Shown here piece by piece: positions 37,356 through 45,837 of a DNA stretch of 54,100 nucleotides. Origin of the DNA: an uncultured bacterium (lineage in GTDB: Bacteria > Muiribacteriota > UBA9980). The notes under the pieces were generated by a model that was given only the letters and a program-made list of their open reading frames with translations, made no database searches and was not told the DNA's origin. The first letter of the stretch is position 1. Each line of letters begins with the position of its first letter. The position numbers were made by a program, and so were the translations under genes. Location of the stretch: positions 16,801 to 70,900 of the forward strand of contig CAYQWL010000002.1 in NCBI GenBank assembly GCA_964421195.1. The letters are read 5' to 3'.

Positions 37356-38568
37356 AACCGCCTCCGTCGGACATACGTTTTATAATATATTTCGATGCCT
37401 CGCACGATGAATTCATAAAATTATAAAGATAAATTTTCCGCAAGCGTTCAAACTCAGTTCGATATTCATTACGCCGCAGCATCAATTCTTCGATAGAAGA
37501 CAAAAGTAAGGAACGAACTTCGCCGGGTTTTATTATCTTTCCGCATAGCGGCCTTAATAAAAGCTCTACGGGCTCTAATTCGAGTTTTTCATATTCCTTA
37601 TTATCCACGCGGCATGGAGTGTCGATGAAAAGCGCCGGCCTTGAAGTACCGAAAGTATATTCCAGATATATTCCGGACCAATCGGTAATTAAAACATCTG
37701 CTTTATGAAGATTTTCATCTTTAAGCATATCGAGTTCAAGCGATATGTTTGAAATTGTCTCAATATAACGCGCTATTCGAGCAACGGCTCCGGGAAAACG
37801 TTTTATAAATTCAGGATGCGGCCTTATTACCGCATTAATATCAGGCGCATTCCTTAAACTTTCAATCATGTCGAATACCGCCGAATCGAGTATATTTCCA
37901 TCCGTCCAGGTAGGCGCTATCATTACCGAAATTTTTCTTCCGGCCGCGTCGCCGCCCGATACGCTTTGCATCCGTTCAAACTCGATATGATCTGAAAAAA
38001 TCTTTTCTATTCTATGATAACCGCATTCGACAAGTGTTTTGGATTTAAGGCCGTATATTTCTTCAGACCGGCGCAATTCGTTTTTTTGATGAGATCCGGT
38101 GCATAAAACGGCGTCATAATGATCGAACGCATTTTTACGATATTGAAGATGAGTGCTGCCGGCGGAATGAAAAACATATATATAATGAACCGGATTTATC
38201 GAACGTTTAATATAAAAATTATCAAGATCCGGCATTGTCATTAAAAAAACTTTAGAATCGAGATAAACCATAATAAAAGCAAGCAAATAATTTATATAAA
38301 ATGTCTTTATACCGCTTCCCGGATTTTTACGGGATTCAGAAATTTTCGCCGCCCGCGCGAATATGGAATCATTTATATCAGACGTAATATAAGCTATTTC
38401 AATATCATTATCAGCACGCAATAATTCGTTTATTATGCCTTCATAATACTGGTAATAAATATCGCTTTCCGAATAAAAAACGATGCGTCTGGCCTTCGCG
38501 GACGCCGCCGAAAAAAGCCTGACGCAATCTTTTATTTCTTTAATTAAATTAAAGAAACCTTTAAACAT
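37345..38568 (-). CDS. CDP-glycerol/polyol phosphotransferase family (TagB/TagF-like)
   Basis: YVFHS, ECGY, IAPTW, IRPHP, ADVLITDWSGIYLEY. Start set at ATG 38568 because the track start (38700) lies inside hydG. Confidence 0.8.
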   Translation of the reverse strand: MFKGFFNLIKEIKDCVRLFSAASAKARRIVFYSESDIYYQYYEGIINELLRADNDIEIAYITSDINDSIFARAAKISESRKNPGSGIKTFYINYLLAFIMVYLDSKVFLMTMPDLDNFYIKRSINPVHYIYVFHSAGSTHLQYRKNAFDHYDAVLCTGSHQKNELRRSEEIYGLKSKTLVECGYHRIEKIFSDHIEFERMQSVSGGDAAGRKISVMIAPTWTDGNILDSAVFDMIESLRNAPDINAVIRPHPEFIKRFPGAVARIARYIETISNISLELDMLKDENLHKADVLITDWSGIYLEYTFGTSRPALFIDTPCRVDNKEYEKLELEPVELLLRPLCGKIIKPGEVRSLLLSSIEELMLRRNEYRTEFERLRKIYLYNFMNSSCEASKYIIKRMSDGGGCDI

Positions 38569-39937
38569 AAATATCCCGTTCGCCCTTATCAAAGCGTTCG
38601 ATATATCCCGCAAAACGCTTCCGCTCTTCTTCTTCGAGCAATTCGTTTTTAAGTTTATCGATAAGCGCCATACCGATTTTTTTAGTATCAGGCGAAGCAA
38701 AATCTATTAAATACTCATAAAAAGTCAAAAGCCCATTTATATTACAGAATTCATGTATATGTCCCGTTTTAGAAAGCGCCATAAACGATTCTCCGGTTCG
38801 AAGACTGCGGTAACACGAAGTGCAAAACGACGGCAGAAAACCTTTAAAAGCAAGCGCCGATATTACCTCGTCGAGAGAACGCTCATCGGAAACGACGAAC
38901 TGCCCGGCGGCTTCTTTCGGATTGGAATAACCGCCGGGTTCAGTTTTAGAACCGGCGGAAAGCTGCGAAACGCCGAGAGTAACCAGTTCATCACGCAGTT
39001 CCGGAGCTTCACGCGTGGATAAAATCATTCCCGTATAAGGCACCGCAAGACGCAAAACGGCCACCGCTAATTTAAATTGTTCATCGGTAAGCCTGTATTT
39101 ATTCATATCGTTTATATCAAAACCGGCGGCCGGTTCAAGACGGGGAATCGAAATGGTATGCGGTCCGACGCCATACTTATCATCGAGATATTTAGCCTGG
39201 CTCAAAAGTGCGAGCGTTTCAAACTTATAATCATAAAGACCGTATAAAACACCTATTCCCACGTCATCAATGCCGGCCTGATAACATTTATCGAATATGC
39301 TTATACGCCTGTCATAATCTCTTTTAGGGCCGGATGGATGCATCTTCATATACGTTTCCCGGTGAAAAACCTCGTGAAATAGTTGATAAGTACCGATATT
39401 CGCATTTTTTATCTTTACGAGATCATCATGTTCGACCGGCGCTAAATTAACGTTAACGCGTCTGATTTTATTGCCTTTATAATCGACTTTATATATAGTT
39501 TCAATAGCGGCGGTAATATGATCCACGCCGCATTTATTTAAATCTTCGCCGGCGACGAGCAAAATACGTTTATGCCCGCTTTTTAATATATTTAAAGTCT
39601 CTTCCGCCACTTCTTCGAGGGAAAGAGTCTTACGGGCGATATCTTGATTGGATTTTTTAAAACCGCAATAAACGCAATTATTGATACAATAATTTGAAAT
39701 ATATAACGGCGCGAATAAAACCATACGCCTGCCGTATATTTTTTCTTTAACCGCCCGCGCGGCTTTTTTTATAGCGGCGATCATTTCAGAATCTTCACAA
39801 TTTAAAAGAACTGCCGCTTCTGATATTTTAAGCGGCTTCATTTCCATGCTCTTTTCTATTATGTTTAAAATCTCTGACCGGGCTGTATTTTTAGTCATTT
39901 CGATCGATTCGTTAATTTTATTTTCATCAATAACCAT
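38561..39937 (-). CDS. hydG: [FeFe]-hydrogenase H-cluster radical SAM maturase HydG
   Basis: FAPLYISNYCINNCVYCGF (CxxxCxxC), GTYQLFHE, DDVGIGVLYGL, GPHTISIPR, SAGSKT, C-terminal SFCTSCYR...FC auxiliary cluster. Start is 39937 or 39955. Confidence 0.97.
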   Translation of the reverse strand: MVIDENKINESIEMTKNTARSEILNIIEKSMEMKPLKISEAAVLLNCEDSEMIAAIKKAARAVKEKIYGRRMVLFAPLYISNYCINNCVYCGFKKSNQDIARKTLSLEEVAEETLNILKSGHKRILLVAGEDLNKCGVDHITAAIETIYKVDYKGNKIRRVNVNLAPVEHDDLVKIKNANIGTYQLFHEVFHRETYMKMHPSGPKRDYDRRISIFDKCYQAGIDDVGIGVLYGLYDYKFETLALLSQAKYLDDKYGVGPHTISIPRLEPAAGFDINDMNKYRLTDEQFKLAVAVLRLAVPYTGMILSTREAPELRDELVTLGVSQLSAGSKTEPGGYSNPKEAAGQFVVSDERSLDEVISALAFKGFLPSFCTSCYRSLRTGESFMALSKTGHIHEFCNINGLLTFYEYLIDFASPDTKKIGMALIDKLKNELLEEEERKRFAGYIERFDKGERDIYV

Positions 39938-39969
39938 AAAAACCCACCATTCCATTTCTAAGTGCGATA

Positions 39970-41481
39970 TTATTTATAAAGCGGCAGCCGGACTGTAAAC
40001 ACGCTTCCTTTCTGGTATTCACTATCAACGGTTACAGTTCCTTTCTGGGCCGTCACCAATTTTTTTACGACCGATAATCCAAGGCCGGTGCCGGATATTT
40101 TTGAAGTTTCTTTAGTCTTACACCTGAAAAACTCCGTAAACAATTTCGGCAGGTCTTCTTTTCTGATGCCGTAGCCTGTATCTTTAACGGATATTACGCC
40201 ATAACCGCCTTCACCGAAATAACTCACGCGTATTAAACCGCCTTCAGGCGTATATTTGATGGCGTTAGATATTAAATTATTAAGTATCATTTCCAGAGAT
40301 TTTCCATCGGCTAATATTTGATTATCAACCATTTTCAAATCTTTTTCCAGAATTATTTTTTTCTTTTTCATTTCCTGCGCAAAAAATTCAAGCACGTTTT
40401 CAAGTTTTTCAGTAATATCGACGGGTTTAATTTCAAGATTAAGACGATTGGTCTGATGCCGCGATATTTGAAGCAGATCGTTAACCATTTCAAGCAAAGT
40501 CTCCGAACGTTCTTTACAGCGGCCAAGTTTTTCAATGATTTTATCGCGGTCGGTTATATAACCGTCAAGTATCAAATAAATATATCCAAGCGAAGCGGAT
40601 ATCGGGGCTTTTATTTCATGCGCCACCATTGAAACAAACTGATTTTTAAGATTTTCTATTTCTTTAAGTTTGGTTATATCATTTAAAACAACGCAATAAC
40701 CTTCAATTTCATGATCGGTAACGACGGCCGCGCAGGTTGCCTGATAAAACATCTCGTTTATCCTTATTTCTTTTTGAATCATCGTAAGAGATTTATTTTC
40801 AATCATGGAATTAACGAGGGCCTTAATCTGATTAATAAATTCAGAATCGTAATCGGAAATTTTAGTATATAATTTTATTCTAACGTTTAAATCAATATTT
40901 TCAAAGCAAGGATTATAAAGCACTATTTCAAGCTTACTGTTTAATACTATAAGCGGATTGGCCATGCACTGAACTACGGTATGCATTTTTGACTTTTCCT
41001 GGCCGAGAATTTTAAGCGAACTTTCAGCTTCTTCTTTTAACTTTTTATTCTGTACAAGAAGCGTGCGGCGCGTCATAGATTTTTGAACCGCGTATAATAT
41101 TTGTTCAGGGCTGAAAGGTTTGGAAATAAAATCGAAAGCGCCGTGTTTAATGGAATTAACGGCGGTATCTATAGAAGAGTAAGCCGTAACCATAATAGGA
41201 ACGATAGTCGGATATAATTCATTTATGCGGGTAATAAATTCGATGCCGTCCATACCGTCCATTTTCATATCGACAACCGTTATATCGACGCCGGCATGAT
41301 TTTTTTCGAGATAATCGAGCGCTTCAAAGGCCGACGGAAAAGGAATCGCGTCATAGCCGTTTTTTCTGATAACTTTCGTAAGAGCGATTCTAAACTGATC
41401 TTCATCGTCTATTACCAGAATTCTACCTGAAAAATTTTGCGTATCCATGAGTGCTCCTTTTAAATCCGGTTTTATTTTCAA
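39970..41481 (-). CDS. Hybrid response regulator-histidine kinase (REC, PAS-like, HisKA, HATPase)
   Basis: ILVIDDE, VDMKMDGMDG, VAHEIKAP, NLISNAIKY, DTGYGI, GTGLGL. Confidence 0.93.
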   Translation of the reverse strand: MKIKPDLKGALMDTQNFSGRILVIDDEDQFRIALTKVIRKNGYDAIPFPSAFEALDYLEKNHAGVDITVVDMKMDGMDGIEFITRINELYPTIVPIMVTAYSSIDTAVNSIKHGAFDFISKPFSPEQILYAVQKSMTRRTLLVQNKKLKEEAESSLKILGQEKSKMHTVVQCMANPLIVLNSKLEIVLYNPCFENIDLNVRIKLYTKISDYDSEFINQIKALVNSMIENKSLTMIQKEIRINEMFYQATCAAVVTDHEIEGYCVVLNDITKLKEIENLKNQFVSMVAHEIKAPISASLGYIYLILDGYITDRDKIIEKLGRCKERSETLLEMVNDLLQISRHQTNRLNLEIKPVDITEKLENVLEFFAQEMKKKKIILEKDLKMVDNQILADGKSLEMILNNLISNAIKYTPEGGLIRVSYFGEGGYGVISVKDTGYGIRKEDLPKLFTEFFRCKTKETSKISGTGLGLSVVKKLVTAQKGTVTVDSEYQKGSVFTVRLPLYK

Positions 41482-41602
41482 AAATTTATAACTTTCGCTT
41501 TATCGCTTTTATTTATTTTATATCATATCCGCGATATATTCAAGTAAAAAAAACGATAATTATATAAAACCGGAAATACGTAAAACCGCCGCATTAAATG
41601 AA

Positions 41603-43606
41603 CTATCCGAGAAGCCCTGCGCTCAAATTAGATTTAACGGGTAAAGTTATCTTAAAAGTAGTGGATTCGCCATAAACACTATCGACGGTAATTTTACCTC
41701 GATGCATTTTTATTATCCCATAAACGACGGGCAATCCAAGTCCCGTTCCCTTGCCATAACCTTTAGTAGTAAAAAATGGAGTAAACAATTTCGGCATTTT
41801 ATCTTTAGGAATGCCGATACCGTTATCATTAAAAGATATTATGACTTCTTCATCATGTTTTACCACGTGCACATTAATAATTCCCGGAGAACGTTTAGCC
41901 TCGATCAAAGCGTCTTTCGAATTAGAAATCAAGTTAGTAAAAACCTGAAGCAGCGCCGTTTGATCGGCTTCGATAACAAGCGAATCAGGGCAATCGACTT
42001 TAATAGAAATATTAATGCCGATAGAAACATAATCATTTCTTATTTTAGTGCATAAGTCTTTTATAAAAGCGGAAAAATCAAATTCAATTATAGTAAGTTT
42101 ATTTTCTCTGGAAAAATTAAGCATTCCGGTTATAATTTCTTTAGTACGGTTAATTTCGCTAATAATAGTTTTAACGTCATCTTTCAGTTCGTCGTTTTCG
42201 ATCTGCTCGTTCAGCATGTGCGCATACAGCAGAACCGTGCCGAGAGGATTATTTATTTCATGCGCGACTCCGGCAGCCATCTGACCGAGCGAAACTAATT
42301 TTTCTTTCTGTATAAGCTCATTTTGCGTAGATTTAAGCATTTGATTCGACTGTTGTAACAAATTAAGATTTTCTTCAAGTTTTTCTATAACATAAGGCAG
42401 GCACATTTCTTTTTCGGCGAGGCCGGCTATTATAGCGCGCGCCTTGGCGCGGCACGAAGGATAACCGCATGCGCCGCAATTTAGTTCATCTTTAGGCTGG
42501 GTTTTTCCCATTTCTATAAGCACTTTTTTTATTTCCGCCGAATCGGCTTCTTTAATTTCCGATACTTCTTCCGATTCAAATACCACGCTTAAATCAATAT
42601 TTTTATATTTTTCAATTTCTATTTTCCAGCGTTGCTGATTACTTTGAGACATACGGCTTTTAATATATTCAGACATTTGAGATTTTTTTTCAAAATAATT
42701 AAGCTCGGAACATATTTTAGGACCGTCGATGCAGCCGAGGCAAAAGAGCATATCAATAAATTTACCGTCAAGCGAACCTTTTTTAATCGAATCGAGCACC
42801 ATTAAAACACGGTCTTTGCCCTCTGTAACTATAGTTTCGTTATCTACTATATCCTCAGTTTTTTCGGCGCATTTTAACAGCCCTCCGGTAACCGGGTAAA
42901 TAGCTCCAAGATTGGCGTGCGGCGGATCAAAATCGATTTTATTGAGCTTTTCTATATCAATTTTATTTTCAATAATCCATAACTTTAATTCTTCAAATGT
43001 AATAACGTAATCAATGTCACGGATATAATTGCTTCTTTCATCTATTTTCGCTATGCACGGCCCGATAAACGCGGTTCGGCGGCCGGGGTTTTTCAATCTG
43101 GCCACGCGCGCGGAAGCCACCATAGGGCTGACTATCGGCGCTAAATATTTGATCAATTCGGGCTCGTATTTTTGAACGTATTTAACTATGGCAGGGCATG
43201 GAGTTGCAATTACGGTTTTTCCTTTATTTTCGGAAAGATATTTTTTATAAGCCAGAGTTACGAGATCGGCGCCAAAACCCACTTCATAAACATTTTTAAA
43301 GCCAAGCGCCTTTAAAACGCTGACGAGTTTAACGCCCACGTCCATAAAACTTACGACAAAAGACGGCGCAACCAATGCGTCTATATCTTTAAACGCGATA
43401 TCATTTTTAAGTTCGTTAAAATATGAAAGCACCACTTTAGCGTTTTGCGAACAAACCGTAGTGCAATGGCCGCATGAAATACAACGGAAGCTGATAACGC
43501 TCGCCTTGCCGTCTTTAACTTTAATGGCATGCGCCGGGCAGCTTTTTATACATGCATAACATTTTTTACATTTCTCTCCGATAGTGGATACTACTGACAC
43601 GCTCAT
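41603..43606 (-). CDS. Sensory group C [FeFe]-hydrogenase-like domain fused to histidine kinase (HydS-HK)
   Basis: 2x[4Fe-4S] CKKCYACIKSC and CISCGHC; variant H-cluster motifs TPCP, GPCIAKIDE, MLFCLGCIDG; FeS domain NCGACGYPSC; AHEINNPL, NLISNS, DNGIGI, GTGLGL. Confidence 0.9.
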   Translation of the reverse strand: MSVSVVSTIGEKCKKCYACIKSCPAHAIKVKDGKASVISFRCISCGHCTTVCSQNAKVVLSYFNELKNDIAFKDIDALVAPSFVVSFMDVGVKLVSVLKALGFKNVYEVGFGADLVTLAYKKYLSENKGKTVIATPCPAIVKYVQKYEPELIKYLAPIVSPMVASARVARLKNPGRRTAFIGPCIAKIDERSNYIRDIDYVITFEELKLWIIENKIDIEKLNKIDFDPPHANLGAIYPVTGGLLKCAEKTEDIVDNETIVTEGKDRVLMVLDSIKKGSLDGKFIDMLFCLGCIDGPKICSELNYFEKKSQMSEYIKSRMSQSNQQRWKIEIEKYKNIDLSVVFESEEVSEIKEADSAEIKKVLIEMGKTQPKDELNCGACGYPSCRAKARAIIAGLAEKEMCLPYVIEKLEENLNLLQQSNQMLKSTQNELIQKEKLVSLGQMAAGVAHEINNPLGTVLLYAHMLNEQIENDELKDDVKTIISEINRTKEIITGMLNFSRENKLTIIEFDFSAFIKDLCTKIRNDYVSIGINISIKVDCPDSLVIEADQTALLQVFTNLISNSKDALIEAKRSPGIINVHVVKHDEEVIISFNDNGIGIPKDKMPKLFTPFFTTKGYGKGTGLGLPVVYGIIKMHRGKITVDSVYGESTTFKITLPVKSNLSAGLLG

Positions 43607-43699
43607 CCCGCCCCGTCATATAAAAAATGATCAGGCTCAAAGCGGGACGGCATATAACCGGCGCGCTTCGAGGCCTGATATATCAGGTGTTCGTTATTT

Positions 43700-44107
43700 T
43701 TAATGACCGTGAGAATTATTGACCGCGGTATTTAATATACCGTTGACCTTTTCAAGTAAAATACCGGGATTAATCGGTTTATCAAGAAACATATCCGCTT
43801 TGATCCATTGCCGTTCCTTGGCTTCGTTCAAATCGAACTGGATTTCAGATTCCTGATTAACCGAAGTAGCGAGTATAACCGGAACGTCGGGACGCGCTTT
43901 TTTAATTTTATAAGCGAGTATAAAACCGGCATCGTAAGTTTCCATAATTAAATCGAGTATTACGAGATCGGGGGTGAATTTTTCGAATTTTTCCCAGCCT
44001 TCCTCGCCGGTTTCAGCGGTTTCTATTGAATATCCATTAGATGATAATGTTTCCGTAATTATTTCCCTTACATCGGAATCGTCGTCAACTATCAATATTT
44101 TCTTCAT
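43700..44107 (-). CDS. Single-domain response regulator (REC)
   Basis: ILIVDDD, LVILDLIM, ILATS, LDKP. Confidence 0.93.
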   Translation of the reverse strand: MKKILIVDDDSDVREIITETLSSNGYSIETAETGEEGWEKFEKFTPDLVILDLIMETYDAGFILAYKIKKARPDVPVILATSVNQESEIQFDLNEAKERQWIKADMFLDKPINPGILLEKVNGILNTAVNNSHGH

Positions 44108-44109
44108 GA

Positions 44110-45831
44110 TTATTTATCCCCCTTATACCTTGTGTGTAATAGCTCGTGCGCGTCATGTTCGTTTATATGCTTTTCATAAAGTTCTTTAACGTCGGGATTT
44201 TCATGTGAACGGCGGATGACGGAATTTTCATCGACTTTATAAGTGGTTTTAGTTCGCGATTTCAAAAGATCGGCATCGGTGTTAAACGGCTGACCGGCGC
44301 CTCCAACGCAACCCGCGGGGCAGCTCATAATTTCGACGAAATGAAGATCGGATTTTCCGGCGGAAATATCTTCTAATATCTCTACGGCGTTTCCAAGCCC
44401 ATTCACGACGCCTACGTTAATCTTTGTTCCATCTATATCGACCGTGGCGCGTTTAATTCCGGCCATACCACGAACCGGCTTGCAATCGATATTTTCAAGT
44501 TCTTTTCCCGTAACCATATTATACGCGGTTCTGATAGCGGCTTCCATAACGCCGCCCGTCGCGCCGAATATTTTACCCGCGCCTGAGGCATGAGCGAAAG
44601 GCCTGTCAAAATCAGAACTCTGTATTTTTTCATATTGTATGCCGAATTCATCGAGCAGCGAAAACAGTTCACGCGTGGTTAAAACGGCATCCACATTGGC
44701 CATGCCTTCATTTTGAAGCTGAGGCCGAACTATTTCAGATTTTTTAGCGACGCAGGGCATTACCGATACCACAAAAAGATCTTTCGCTTTAACTTTCAAC
44801 AGTTTTTCACTGAGATGTTTAAGCAGCGCGCCCTTCATTATATGGGGCGATTTGCAGCTCGACAGATGTTTTGTATGCTTCGGATAAAACGTTTCAATAA
44901 AATTAATCCATGCGGGACAGCACGAAGTAAACATCGGAAGCGGCTTATGTTTTTTAGTCAGCCGTTCGACGAGTTCTTTAGCTTCTTCCATAATAGTTAT
45001 ATCCGCCGCCGTACAGGTGTCAAAAACAAAATCAACGCCTATGCCGCGCAACGCGCCGATTATTTTACCGACAGCCTCTTCGACCGGTATCGATTTTTTA
45101 AAATATTCTGGAAATGTTACATGACATGCGGGCGCGAATTGAAAAGCCACCTTTTTTCCAGGATTGATTATCGCATCGATAACCGTTTTTTTATGAGGAA
45201 TTTCACGTAAAGCGCCGACGGGGCAAGCCATAATACACTGTCCGCAGGAAACGCAATTACCTTCAGCGAGAGATTTATAACTTCCCGGCGCTACATGCGT
45301 GCTGAAGCCGCGATTAGCGAAATCAATAGCCGACACTCTTTGCTTTTCGGCGCATACGGTAACGCAGCGGCCGCAAAGTATGCATTTCGCCATATCGCGT
45401 TCAACGGCGGGCGACGCTTTATCGATAACCATTTTCTTTTTAGCTCCGCCCTTAAAGGCGACTTCGTCAACGCCGTATTGTTTTGAAAGATCCTGCAACA
45501 GGCAATTTCCGCTTTTTGAACATGTAAGGCAGTCCTGTGGATGGTTAGAAAGTAAAAGTTCGATTATTTTCTTACGCGACATTCTAACCTGCGGCGAATC
45601 GGTGCGCACCTGCATTCCAGCTTCGGCCGGATACGAACAGGAAGCTATAAGGCGGCCGGTTTTAACGTCTTCGACCACGCAGATCCGGCATGCGCCTGAA
45701 GGCTTATAGCCTTCCATATAACAGAGTGTTGGAATAAACAGGCCGGCTTTTTTAGCAACCTGATAGATAGTTTCGCCTTTAATAAACTCGACTTCTTTAT
45801 TATTTATTGTCATTTTCAATTTCGTCTTCAC
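44110..45831 (-). CDS. hydA: [FeFe]-hydrogenase catalytic subunit HydA (group A, multimeric/bifurcating type)
   Basis: [2Fe-2S] C..GACRIC, His-ligated HPQDCLTC, 2x[4Fe-4S], canonical L1 TSCCPAW, L2 MPCVAKKSE, L3 EIMSCPAGCVGG; small-subunit RRSHENP...LLHT. Confidence 0.97.
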   Translation of the reverse strand: MKTKLKMTINNKEVEFIKGETIYQVAKKAGLFIPTLCYMEGYKPSGACRICVVEDVKTGRLIASCSYPAEAGMQVRTDSPQVRMSRKKIIELLLSNHPQDCLTCSKSGNCLLQDLSKQYGVDEVAFKGGAKKKMVIDKASPAVERDMAKCILCGRCVTVCAEKQRVSAIDFANRGFSTHVAPGSYKSLAEGNCVSCGQCIMACPVGALREIPHKKTVIDAIINPGKKVAFQFAPACHVTFPEYFKKSIPVEEAVGKIIGALRGIGVDFVFDTCTAADITIMEEAKELVERLTKKHKPLPMFTSCCPAWINFIETFYPKHTKHLSSCKSPHIMKGALLKHLSEKLLKVKAKDLFVVSVMPCVAKKSEIVRPQLQNEGMANVDAVLTTRELFSLLDEFGIQYEKIQSSDFDRPFAHASGAGKIFGATGGVMEAAIRTAYNMVTGKELENIDCKPVRGMAGIKRATVDIDGTKINVGVVNGLGNAVEILEDISAGKSDLHFVEIMSCPAGCVGGAGQPFNTDADLLKSRTKTTYKVDENSVIRRSHENPDVKELYEKHINEHDAHELLHTRYKGDK

Positions 45832-45837
45832 GCTAAA

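Noticed and set aside
38569-38700. N-terminal extension of the TagF-like ORF
   Set aside because: It lies within the hydG coding sequence on the same strand; Met at 38568 gives a normal short overlap.
41603-43606. A second catalytic [FeFe]-hydrogenase
   Set aside because: The motifs are TPCP / GPCxxK / MLFC rather than TSCCP / MPC / ExMxC, and the domain is fused to a kinase, consistent with sensory group C.
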